A stretch of 63,033 bases of DNA, the filler included, from Octopus bimaculoides (Eukaryota), in the NCBI RefSeq assembly GCF_001194135.2. It is 4 parts of 3 records of this genome, joined end to end, with 100 filler letters (N's around TTAATTAATTAA, not from the genome) between each part and the next. Parts side by side here need not be neighbours in the genome. Positions count along the whole stretch, not along the records: positions 1 to 18,673 come from NC_068982.1; 3 more parts are not named here. The stretch is one strand, 5' to 3'. Position 1 is the first letter of the stretch. Each line of letters begins with the position of its first letter. The translations under genes and the position numbers were made by a program. The notes below the pieces were generated by a model, which was not told where the DNA came from, ran no database searches, and saw only the letters and a list, made by a program, of their open reading frames with translations. Shown here one piece after another: positions 1 through 10,859 of this stretch.

Positions 1-84
1 TTTCGATATCAGTGAAGAATTTCACTGGAAAAGTAGATATAAGATTGCCAGGTTTTTGTCTCTCTCACCAAGGTCAGTAGCTAT

Positions 85-129
85 CGAACGCCGACGAAGG
101 GAAATAACCCTGAAATCCGGATCCGTTCG
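85..129 (+). ncRNA. Minimal type-I hammerhead ribozyme-like motif (U4C core variant)
   Basis: CGAACG-CCGACGA-AGGG(AAATAA)CCCT-GAAA-TCCGGA-TC-CGTTCG: 6-bp helix I (85-90/124-129), 4-bp helix II, palindromic helix III ATCCGGAT, AUC cleavage triplet. Core differs from CUGANGA at one base. Confidence 0.6.
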
Positions 130-1004
130 TGCTGCAGATCGTGGTGAGAGGGATAACTTCCCTTGGCAAACAGGACACAGTCGTGTGTCGATAAGCCAGC
201 TGGAGGAGATGTCCTCCTGGGGCTAAAAGCAACAGTAACATCCACCCCTAGGGGTCAGCCACACTTAAGTGGCAATATACTACACTTTATCGTGCAGTTA
301 CTGTTAATACTTCATTTAGAGAATTAACATTGCTTATATATATATGGTTGGGTCGAATTAGAACAACAGGGTCTCCACCACATCGCTTCCCGTTTACCAC
401 CGTTCGCATGGGTGCACCGAAATGTATCCATCAAACAGTCAACATCTTCTGTGTCGGATGAAAAAAGAAACGACTCAATCTTTCGGCATATAATAATATT
501 GTGCTATTATTTTTACTACAAGTCTGTCATTTTCCCCGCCTTTTTGTGTGTCTTGTGACAATAAAATAGTGTTCTCGTTTTAGTCACAACATTCGTCTAT
601 TAAGATCCCTTTTTTCTCATTACTTTTTTTTTTTTTTTTTTTTTGTAGGAGGCATTTTAATAGACGAATGTTTTGTTATTGTCGCAGACACCTATTTTAC
701 ATATCACCGACTAGAAAAGCTCAAAATGTAAAAATGAATATATAAGAATATATAAACCAGTATTTTTCTTTTGTTAAGAAACAAACTTCACTAGTTAACA
801 TTATCCCATGATAGCAGAATAATAAAAATAGCAGAATAATATTTTTTAAAAAATTGAAAAACAAAATAACATTGTTCGTTCATATCTTTCAAATTCAAAA
901 GCTTTCTGAGCTCAACAAAAGTATGTCTCACTACTCTGGTGACAACAACAATAATAACAATAATTTCTAATTTAGGTACAAAACCAGCAATCTTTCCCCC
1001 ACTG

Positions 1005-1160
1005 GTTAAGTCAACCTCATTGACTCCAGTGCTAGACTTATACTTTATTTTATTGACCACAAATGGTTGAAAGTAAAGTAGACCTCGGTGAGATTTGATC
1101 ATAGAAGGTAAAGAGCGGGAAGAAATATTGCTAACGATTCTGGCAGCTCACTGCATTCCA
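1005..1160 (-). mobile_element. Degraded tRNA-derived SINE, family A
   Basis: Diverged match to better copies at 55031-55248 and 58087-58527 (gacctcggtgagatttga, gctaacgattctggcagctc). Confidence 0.5.
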
Positions 1161-1163
1161 CTG

Positions 1164-1197
<34 letters not shown>

Positions 1198-1794
1198 NNN
1201 NNNNNNNNNNNNNNNNNNNNNNNNNNNNNNNNNNNNNNNNNNNNNNNNNNNNNNNNNNNNNNNNNNNNNNNNNNNNNNNNNNNNNNNNNNNNNNNNNTAT
1301 TTTTATGTGTTTGTGATTGTGTTGGTGTTTGAGGAGTGAGTGAGTGATTTCATTTCGGTTTGTGGGTCTCCTCCGCTAAACTCTTCGCTTCCAATCTGGG
1401 GCAACGCTTTCCGTTTCCCAAATTTTTATTCTGTACCTTCACAAGTATTCATTCTGATGATTCTTTCAAACTGATTTCCTCGGGAGGTGAGTTTTCGCAG
1501 TCGGAGAAATTTGTGCCAGGTGGGATGTGTATGTCTGCGCAGTTGCGTATTTCTCTTGGTTGTTTGACTCGTTGGTGTGGATGAGATCTCTTTGGGTTGT
1601 GGTGGTGTTGGCTATACATTTGCTTTGCTTGGGTGTGACGTTGGTGTTTGCTGCGGATGTTGATTATTTCTCTTGTTGCATCTTTTGCTGTTGCTATTGA
1701 TGATGATGATGCTTTTGTTGCAGATGTAGCTGTTGCAGTGATAGTGTCGGCAGCAGAAGGAGTCTTCTTTTCTTAAGTGGGAAGAAAGTCATAA

Positions 1795-2691
1795 ATGTAT
1801 CTTCGCAGAATTCGATAGAGTACTAATTATGGAAATGAAAACAAAAAATGAGGAGTACATCAGAAGGGTGAGGAGGCTGATGAAGTCAAAACTAAAGAGT
1901 CTGAATCTGGTGAAGGCTGTAAATACTTGGGCAGTATCGTTACTAAGATAAATCAGAAACTTGCGTAGATTGGACAAAATCTAAATTAGTAAATCTAGAC
2001 AGAAGAACTAGAAAAAGATTGAATATGAATGGAGGACATAATCCTAGAGAAGGAGTAGCGAGATTATACTTACCTGGAAAGGAAGGTGGTAGAGGGTTAA
2101 TATCAGTAGAAGACTAAGTGAAGTTAGCTAGAGTAGATATAGCCTCATATATAGGTAATAATGAAGAAAGTTTATTAGGAGCTGCTAGTGTCACAGTACG
2201 ACATAAGGAAAGCAAAAAGTCAAATGAAGTTAAAAACCAGAAAAAAGAGGAAAGATTATCTAATTGGTAAGAGAAAGCTTTGCATGATAGATTTCCAAAG
2301 GTAGTTGCAGGTAATAGTAATAGTAATAGTGAGACATGGTTATGGTTGCAGAAAAGTAGATTGAAAAGGGAGCCAGAAAGTTTGTTAGCAGCAGCACAAG
2401 ACCAAGCATTGAGGACTATTTGCATAAAAGCCAAGATAGACTCCAAATGCAGGTTGTGTAAATCAAAAGGGGAAAGTGTATGTATCATACTGGTACAGAA
2501 GGAATATAAGAAAAGACATAACAATCTAGGAAGAATATTCCACTGGGAGTTATGTAGAAAGCTATGATTTGAACATACTGATAAATAATGGTATGGACAT
2601 GAACCTAGTAAATTGCTAGAAAGTAAGAAATACAAGATATTGTGGAATTTTAACATACAAACTGACAGAGTAAAAGAAGCTAGGCGGCCTG
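1795..2691 (+). mobile_element. R4/Dong-like non-LTR retrotransposon fragment A, part 1 (RT thumb, zinc knuckle, start of restriction-like endonuclease); pseudogenised
   Basis: Translates with stops to RLYLPGKEGGRGLISVED, ESLLAAAQDQALRT, CRLCKSKGE, RHNNLGRIFHWELC, ILWNFNIQTD..RRPD, all typical of R4/Dong ORFs. Confidence 0.8.
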
Positions 2692-2709
2692 ATTATTATT
2701 ATTATTATT

Positions 2710-3386
2710 CAGTAGTTTTATTTTTATAACGTGCTTTCACTTCACAACCGAGCGCAGCTCTGTGCGCCTTGGGTATGTGCTGTGGTTTGCTGTGGTGCTC
2801 TTATGTTTACTGTATTGAAAGTGTTTTGCGTAGAATGTGTGCAGTACCCAGTAGTGCAATTTTCTGTATGTTATATATATTTGTAAATCCTGGTGTTTTT
2901 GTTATGTATTTGTCTGAATATTTTTTTATTATACCTAAGGCACCTACTATGATAGGAATTGTTTCTGTTTTTAGATTCCACATTCGAGTTATCTCTATTT
3001 CCAGGTCTTTGTNNNNNNNNNNNNNNNNNNNNNNNNNNNNNNNNNNNNNNNNNNNNNNNNNNNNNNNNNNNNNNNNNNNNNNNNNNNNNNNNNNNNNNNN
3101 NNNNNNNNNNNNNNNNNNNNNNNNNNNNNNNNNNNNNNNNNNNNNNNNNNNNNNNNNNNNNNNNNNNNNNNNNNNNNNNNNNNNNNNNNNNNNNNNNNNN
3201 NNNNNNNNNNNNGTGTCTGTGAATATATTCCTTCTTAGCCAGGACTGGGCAGCCAGAGATAATATGATTTATTGTTTCTTGTCGATCTCCACATATTCTA
3301 CAGTTACTTGTTATATTTCTTTTCATTATGTGTTTTTGGTAATTTCTGGTGGGGAGGCTTTGGTCTTGTGCAGCAATTAAAAATCC
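2710..3386 (-). mobile_element. R4/Dong-like element B, 5'-truncated 3' end with 3' UTR, flanked by TAA repeats
   Basis: GFLIAAQDQSLPTRNYQKHIMKRNITSNCRICGDRQETINHIISGCPVLAKKEYIHRH; after the gap DLEIEITRMWNLKTETIPIIVGALG..IQKIALLGTAHILRKTL. (ATT)6 at 2692-2709 and a TTA run at 3387-3400. Confidence 0.85.
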
Positions 3387-3415
3387 TTATTATTATTATT
3401 AGTAGTAGTAGTAGC

Positions 3416-3450
<35 letters not shown>

Positions 3451-3494
3451 AAGAAGAAGAAGAAGAAGAAGAAGAAGAAGAAGAAGAAGAAGAA
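3387..3494. repeat. Compound (TTA)n(AGT)n(AGA)n microsatellite
   Basis: Directly visible. Confidence 0.95.
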
Positions 3495-3660
3495 TAGAAA
3501 TTGCCGGGTAATTGACTTTACAGTCCTAAATGATGAGGAAGTCAATATGAGACATATAGAAAAAATAGCAAAGTAATAGGACCTAGCCATTAAGTTACAG
3601 AGACTATGGAAAGTGCGGGTAAAATTTAGACAGCTAGAATTTTGATATTGACGCTTGGGT
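3490..3660 (+). mobile_element. R4/Dong-like fragment A, part 2 (endonuclease core)
   Basis: KNRNCRVIDFTVLNDEEVNMRHIEKIAK**DLAIKLQRLWKV, the segment expected just after the RRPD motif at 2680-2693. Confidence 0.7.
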
Positions 3661-4223
3661 GTTGAGTATCTCCTCGATAGTGAACGTCCAAGTAACAAGT
3701 CTTATAATTAATGACAGCAGGTTGCTGACCCCTCTCACAGGATCAACCAGAGCAAGTAAGACCGAGAGCTCTGAGAAGTAATATAATAATTTCAAATGTT
3801 GGTACCACTTTAGTGGGAGGGAGTTAGTTGATTACATCGACCCCAATACCCAAGTTGTACTTACTTTATCGACCCCAAAATAATTAAAGGCAAAATTAAC
3901 TTCCACGTGACTTAAACTCAATATGAAGAAATAAAAAAAAAGAGTTGGAAGAAAAATGCTGCGAAACACTTTCTCCCTCGTTTTAATAGTTCTATGTCTT
4001 ACTTATTACAATTATTTCTAATTGAGTACAAAGAGAGTAGTTTTGAGGGGAAGATGTTAATCGATTGCATTACTTGACAAGTACTTTATTTTATCAACCC
4101 AGAAAGAATGAAAAGTAAAATTGATCTCTGCCAAATTTGAACTCTGAATGTAAAGTGCCTGAAGAAATACTGCATTGCATTTTTACTGATGCTCGCCGTT
4201 TTTTACCTTGCTTAATATAAAAC

Positions 4224-4630
4224 GGCGGCGAGATGGCGGAATTGTTAGCACGCCGGGCGATATGCTTTGCAGTATTTCGTCTGCTGTTAAGTTCGGAGTT
4301 CAAATTCCGCCGAGGTTGACTTTGCCTTTTATCCTTTCATCTAGTTACGCACTGGGGTTGATGTAACCGACTTATTCTCTTTGTCTGTCCTTGTTTGTCC
4401 CCTCTATGTTTTGCCCTCTGTGGGCAACAAAGAAATAAATATAAGAAATTCTGCGGCGGCGAACTGGCAGAATCGGTAGCACACCGGACAAAATGCTTCG
4501 CGACATTTCGTCCGTCTTAACGTCCTTTTGGGGGTCGATAAAATGAGGTACCAGTTGAGCACTGGGGTCGATGTAAACGACTCACCTCCTCTCCCGACCT
4601 TGCTGTCCTTGTACCAAAATTTGTAACCAG
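4224..4630 (+). mobile_element. Two tandem tRNA-derived SINE family A copies (4224-4435, 4453-4630)
   Basis: GGCGGCGAG(A/C)TGGC(G/A)GAAT head, B-box GAGTTCAAATTCC in copy 1, central GACTTTGCCTTT..GGGGTCGATAAA..GTACCAG block (resembles Meta/MESC-type SINE domain from memory). Confidence 0.8.
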
Positions 4631-5756
4631 TATAAGACTTTTTAACATTATGCAACAATGTTATGAAAATATATGCTTCAAAATACAAGTAAATTTATAA
4701 AGCGCGAGTTATTATTATCTTTTTCATATAAAAGATAGTGGATGGTAAACTACTAAATATATTGTCTGCAAAAACGAAAAATAGAAAGTGAATGTTGAAG
4801 CTGATTAGCAGTAAACGAGATAGTGCTAAGTGGGGTATTATTGTATTTGTTTCTTATCAATGTTTGAAGGGTTTTCCATAAGTTAACTGTTTAATATTTA
4901 CAGCAGTAAGAATTATAAAATTCATATAGCAATGTGTTAAAATTGAGAGACACTGAAATATAATTATCTTAGATGAAAAGTAGGTTAAAATTTCATAAAT
5001 AAGCACAAGCAGACTTGCATAGAGCAATGCATCAATTTCAACATATATAACGCTCTGAACCTATGAAGATAACATTCATTTCTAAATTATATAAAATATG
5101 CCCCAATTAAAGTATTGCATTTCACTAAATTTGAAATTGTTTCAAGAATATTCTGCAACACGAATTTATTACATAGAAAGCATAATAGAAACATCCAGTC
5201 TACGAACAATACGGTGTGTAATTATCTCTCAACTAAATGTCAGCAATGAATTGTCCTTAAATTATGTAACAAAACGAGTAGTTAAAACTGTAACTATTTT
5301 GTTCGTGTTTCAAACTATATTTACCCACTTTCCAATTTTACTTGCACTCATTCAGTTAATATAACAATATAAATATTGAGGTATTTACACATGTTTTACT
5401 GTCACATAACTTTTATCAACCCCAACAATCTTACAGCTTTTCGACCCTACATCTTTCATCGATCCCCAACAAAATTGTCTGCTGTAAATGGGATCAAGAC
5501 CAAAAACAGGTCGAAAAGTCAAACAAGGCTCGTGCGACACACCTTGAAAATTACCCAGCAGTAACTGGATAGATTAAACACTAAGGTCACAACCAGAAAT
5601 GTTGATTCAAACTGTGACCTTTGGGTTATGGTCATTTTTACAGCTCAGAAGCATTCATAGATAGCAGAGTTTGGTTTCATAAACTCAAATGGTGGCATAA
5701 CCTGTGCAATATTTAGATACCTGGTGCAGCTACAAATAAAAGACATCCAAGCAACC

Positions 5757-5798
<42 letters not shown>

Positions 5799-6029
5799 AG
5801 GGTATTACTATACGAGAATGTCTCACGCTAAGAGGAACTCTAAGGTCAAACTACCATAATAAACACATTTTTACCGAACGCGAGGAAATGCAACTTTCAA
5901 AGCTAGCCCCTTAAAAACAGACTAAATTATAGATCATGACTTCGTAGTTATTGCAGTAGTATGCAACTTCTACTCGTCGGTATAATATGGTCAAGATACA
6001 TAGAAATAAACAGAAAATCAACATACCAA

Positions 6030-6290
6030 ACGAATGCGACAGCAGATGTTCGACATAAACCCACAGATCAGCAATGCTCGGGCACTGGACGAGTGTATGC
6101 AGAACCGTCTCGTTGTCCTGCATACATCTCGGACATGCTCGGCAAAGCGCCTCGGTAACACTGCCAGGCTAGAGATTTTTGGAAATTATACATCGGTCTC
6201 GGGCCGAAAGTTCTCTCGGAAAAGAGCGGCTTGTTGATCTTTTCCGACGCCCAAGGTCTCCCCAAGAATGCGTCGCACTTTTCCCCCACT
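6030..6290 (-). mobile_element. Tx1/L1-clade LINE ORF2 C-terminal fragment
   Basis: NFQKSLAWQCYRGALP followed after a frameshift by ETVLHTLVQCPSIADLW (CCHC knuckle region). Confidence 0.7.
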
Positions 6291-6489
6291 AAACTTTTAT
6301 AAAAGGCTAAAGTAGAATAATAGAGTTCAACCTTTTAACTAAGTTTAATTTCTACGCATGTACTATGTTGTCGCTATTGTTTAATTTCAGGTTTGCTCTG
6401 ATTAAGCATATCTGTGATGAAATGTGTTCCAACCGTGACCATCATGCCTTTTAGTGTGTCAGTGTTTACATTATTCAATATCTCTTATT

Positions 6490-6947
6490 TACAGTTCTAT
6501 ATTTAAGAGATGAGGGATTATGTACATTATTTACATTATTTACAATTGACGGATTTTGTCCTCATCTTGTTTGTTGTTAACACAGCGTTTTCGGCTGATA
6601 TACCCTCCAAACCTTCATCAGGTGGCTTAGGGAACGTTTTCGGCTGATATACCCTCCAACCTTCATCAGGTGTCTTGGGGAACGTTTTCGGCTGAATTCC
6701 ACAAGACACTTGATGAAGGCTGGAGGGTACATCAGCCGAAAACGTTCCCCAAGACACCTGATGAAGACTGGAGGGTACATCAGCCGAAAACGTTCCCCAA
6801 GACACCTGATGAAGGCTGGAGGGCACATCAGCTGAAAACGTTCCCCAAGACACCTGATGAAGGCTGGAGGGTATATTAGCCGAAAACGTTGTGTTAACAA
6901 CAAACAAGATGAGGACAAATATCGTCAATGGTCAATAATGTAAATAA
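6490..6947. mobile_element. Palindromic non-autonomous PLE derivative with tandem 48-bp hammerhead units
   Basis: Left arm (minus): tail plus 2 units. Right arm (plus): 4 units with starts at 6747, 6795, 6843 spaced 48 bp, plus tail. Centre GAATTC at 6694-6699. Direct repeat AATATCTCTTAT at 6477-6488 and 6946-6957. Confidence 0.85.
6849..6895 (+). ncRNA. Minimal type-I hammerhead ribozyme (most complete copy of the PLE terminal-repeat HHR)
   Basis: GACAC-CTGATGA-A-GGCT(G..T)AGCC-GAAAACGTT-GTGTT. Helix I GACAC/GTGTT, palindromic helix III. One extra A versus the GAAACGTT seen at 12768-12772 and 14377-14384. Confidence 0.7.
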
Positions 6948-8046
6948 TATCTCTTATGTAAGACCACAGTGAGTAATCTAAAGGAGAATTGCTTGCTCTT
7001 TCTAATAGGTTCTAAAAGAGGTTCCCTCGTTAGCCCGTGTTCATTATCAAATACTCTGTTCATGACGACAGGCTGTGATTTGAGGAAGAGCTGCATACAT
7101 TTCTAGCCATGCCTTCAAGTCTTTTTGTCTGTCTGTTTTTTTTTTGTCTGTCTGTCTGTCTGTTTTATTTTGTCTGTCTGTCTGTCTGTCTGTCTCTCTC
7201 CATCCCACCTTCTCTCGCGTTGGCTTCCGTAAAACTATGTTGCTAATCGAGATGAAGAGTAGTAGGAAAGTGGGGGTATAGGCGAAACTAAATGAGAAAC
7301 GGATGAGGGATGGTGTAGTTATGTCATGAAAAGTACATCTGAACGTATTCAGAGATTCACTGAGGGTGCGTCAATTATTTGAGTAATTTTGCTTAGTTTT
7401 TCTGTTTGTGCGTAACGGCCGATGTAATTTTGACTATGTCATTACTAATAACTACGTAATCGGTGAAATGGTGCAGAAAGGTGTCATAAAAGTTGTCCAA
7501 AATAACTTCACATTTGAAAGCTGATCAAAATGATTTAATTTGATTAGTCTTTTTCTGATTCTTTTTGCCCCAAACAAAAGTCTAGGCCACTGTGATACAG
7601 AGAAGACAAAAGAGGAGCTTACAAATTCAATTTTGTCGGTTGACAGAAAGCTTAAAGAACTGAAGAATATCATAGATCAGAGGAAACCAAGGTCAAAGTA
7701 TTGTGTTCGAGAGAGCAGCAGTATCGTGAAAAGAAACTATTAGAATGATTATTTTTAGATCGAAAATATAAATAAACGTGGGCGGAATTTTGGAAGAGAT
7801 ATCCCATACGTCATAGAGACCAAAAAACAAGGTGACAGATGTGAGATATGGGGTGCGGTCAAAATGTAAAAAGTTGAGATTCTAGGATTTTTTCTTTTTC
7901 GTTATATGTATATATNNNNNNNNNNNNNNNNNNNNNNNNNNNNNNNNNNNNNNNNNNNNNNNNNNNNNNNNNNNNNNNNNNNNATATATATCATAATTGC
8001 AATTAATGGTGTACTAGTATGAAACACAACCTATCCTTTTCCTTCC

Positions 8047-8077
8047 CTTATGAGGTATAGAACTTGTATACCGAAAC
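8047..8077 (+). ncRNA. Degenerate hammerhead-like relic
   Basis: CTTATGA-GGTATA(GAACTTG)TATACC-GAAAC: perfect 6-bp helix II, G5 mutated, helix I not recoverable. Confidence 0.35.
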
Positions 8078-8096
8078 GCCATCCAAAGGAGATGGT

Positions 8097-8485
8097 TTGT
8101 GTTTGTTTCAGTCATTTGACTGAGGCCATGCTGGGGCACCGCCTTGAAGAATGTTTAATCGAATGAATCGACTCCAGTACTTACTTATTTTAAACTTGGT
8201 GCTTATTTTAACGGTAACTTTTGCCGAATCGCTAAGTTACGGGGACGTAAACAAACCAACATCGGTTGTCAAGCTGTGGTGTGACAGACACAAACAAAAA
8301 CAATGTCCACATGTGTACACTCTCACATACATATACGACGGGCTTCTTTCAGTTTCTGTGTACAAAATCCACTCACAAGGCTTTGGTCGACCTAGGTCTA
8401 TAGTAGAAAACACTTGCGCAAAAAAAAAAACACCCACTGGGATTGAACTCAAAGCAATGTGGTTGGGAAGCAAAAGTCTTCTTTC
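8097..8485 (-). mobile_element. tRNA-derived SINE family B
   Basis: Matches the near-complete copy at 53167-53593 (CCAAAGCCTTGTGAGTGGATTT, CCCCGTAACTTAGCG, CAGCATGGCC.CAGTCAAATGACTGAAAC). Confidence 0.8.
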
Positions 8486-9024
8486 TTGAATTGGTTTCCT
8501 TTCCTCATGGCATTCCTTTGTTTCCTTCTGATATGTCTGGGGAATTACCATTTACTTTTGGTACCAAGTCAGAGTTTGATTGGAAACCTTCGTGAAAATC
8601 AGTTTTTCCACGTTTTTTTTACCATTATTTTCTTCTTGTTTTCTTTATTAAATGTTGCTGAAACGATTTTAATATTTGGTTATGAACATTCTGCCAAGTA
8701 ATAAAGCTAATTAAATTCAATAAATTAAATTTGTAACAAAAATGTTTTCACATCGACAGGTTTTTCTTGCCGAAAGATTTATTACCGAAAGATTTATTGA
8801 AAAACAATACAAAATATAGTCCTTTCTTTCATGCAGCAGCCCGTTTTTATAATTTACCTATCTGACTTGAAGATATAGTTTTCTCAAAACTATTTATCCG
8901 CATCTAAAATTTATAATTAAGGCAACCAGTTAATGAACTGCATTATAAGAGATAAATCTCTTAGTGAAGCAGTTTCGATACCCTTGTGAAGTCAGTTCAC
9001 TTATATCACTAATACTGTTACTCT

Positions 9025-9770
9025 TTTACTTATTTCAGTCATTTGACTGCGGCCATGCTGGTGCACCACTTTTAGTCGAATAAATCGACCCCAGGACTTA
9101 TTCGTTGTAAGCACCCGGCGAACAGCTTTTTGTGGAAACAGAGTTCTCGAGGTGATCATTATGCTCTGCAGTAATTTTGGGAGCTGTACTTTTGTGATCC
9201 TTTCTAACAATTCGTGTAAGAGTCCGACAGTCCCTATCTGAAAGTTTTGGTTTTCTTCCGGAGTTTTGTTTCGACGAGGAGGTTTTTTCCCTCTTTCTCA
9301 AAGGCTGCCATTACTTTCGAGTCAGTACTTCTTGATACACCAAAAATTTTGGCTGTTTTCGTTACGCTAACACCTGCCATATGAGTACCAATAATTTGAC
9401 CTCTTTGAAAGTCCGATAGATCTGTCATTTTAATGAATTTTAATTACCTTTTTCTGATGATATCAGTAAAAAAAAAACAATTTTAGCAAAACATATTAAG
9501 CAACACTAATAATAAATCAAAAACATAAAAATAAACAAGCTCTTGACGGTTTTATAGATATTTCAAAATTATGACGCTATTATGCTAGGTGTTTCCATTA
9601 TTTTGTCCAACTACTGTATATATAGGACGGGCTTCTTTCAGTTTCCATCTACCAAATCCACTCACAAGGCTTTGGTCGGCCCGAAGCTAATATACTTGCC
9701 CAAGATGCCACGCAGTGGGACTGAACCCGGAACCACGTGGTTGGGAAGTAAGCTTCTTACCACACAGCCA
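9025..9770 (-). mobile_element. SINE family B copy split by a Tc1 insertion (3' part 9025-9110, head 9617-9770)
   Basis: Both SINE halves are on the minus strand and flank the Tc1 fragment. Confidence 0.75.
9110..9616 (-). mobile_element. Tc1-like transposon 5' half (TIR plus N-terminal HTH of transposase)
   Basis: TA|CAGTAGTTGGACAAAATAATGGAAACACC terminus. MTDLSDFQRGQIIGTHMAGVSVTKTAKIFGVSRST and, after a frameshift, SGRKPKLSDRDCRTLTRIVRKDHKSTAPKITAE. Confidence 0.85.
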
Positions 9771-10859
9771 CTGGAAAAAATCTTAGCAATCTTAAGTTCC
9801 TACCTTCGCGTCCTGGTAAGATGTTTTACATGTTGTCCGAGTCAGATATCAGTTTAACGAATAATACTAATTCAAGAAACATTTTTGTCTAGAAATAACA
9901 AAAATCATAAAGACATTAAAAAAAAAACAACCTTTTAACTAAATGAAAATCGTCCGAAATTTATTTGCATTTATCAAAGGAATCTTTAGGTCTAACAGAA
10001 AATTAAATTGAAAATATACACGCAGTCCTGAGCATAGAAGTGTTACTATCCACGTCGAGGAAAAGCGGATGAGAAAATGAATGATGTAAGGACAGCAATG
10101 GGTTGATACAGGGAGAGGAAAATGTAGGGTAGTCTGTAATGGGAGGTGGAGATGTATAGAGGATAGAAATATCTGGAAGGGGTTTAGACGATTGCATCAA
10201 CCTCAGTACTTGACCGGTACTTTATTTTATGAAATAATGAAAGGCAAAGTTGACACCGGAACGTAAAGAGTTGCAAGAAATACTCTTGAGCATTTTGAGC
10301 GACGCACTAGAGATTCTGCCAGTTGATCCAGTCAGCGATAACTGTATTGCTACTATTTCACAGAGTTACTCATACTTTAAACATTTTTTTCATCTTCCGA
10401 ACACAAGGCGCACAACAACCGTTAGGATTATGCCTTCTCCAGAAACGTGGATGGCAGCCCCTTCATACTCACATCTTCGAGAAAAGCAGATACAATGTAT
10501 GGTGTATTCGCTAATATGCCTAGCCACAAGGGCTTCAGCGTTGAACATACAGTACGAGGGCATTTCATCGTCAGTTAAAAAACCTGGTCAATTCCTCATC
10601 GGGTATTTTCATCGCCTGCCAATTTGTTGCTAGTCCAATTAGTCAACATTCAAGTCGGAATGTCATCACATTACTTCGTTCCGTTTGTAATGTCCACTCA
10701 AAACCTAACATTAATAACTGACGCACGCTTGGCAGCTGTCCTACTCTCAATATAGAACGACATACACACGACACACGACACACATACGCACACACACACG
10801 ACACACAAACACACACGACACACAAGCACACACGACACACAAGCACACACGACACACAC

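Noticed and set aside
180-240. TCCTCC and GGCTAA suggesting an HDV-like ribozyme
   Set aside because: The two motifs are only 3-4 nt apart, leaving no room for P1 and P4; only simple hairpins can be drawn.
1298-1780. Low-complexity segment as the N-terminus of a retroelement or a host exon
   Set aside because: Stops in the frames examined and no recognisable motif.
6588-6890. 48-bp repeat array as a CRISPR array or 16-aa repeat protein (ORFs 6536-6928, 6577-6918, 6670-6879)
   Set aside because: Units are contiguous with no unique spacers, the context is eukaryotic with no cas genes, and ORFs on both strands are by-products of the repeat.
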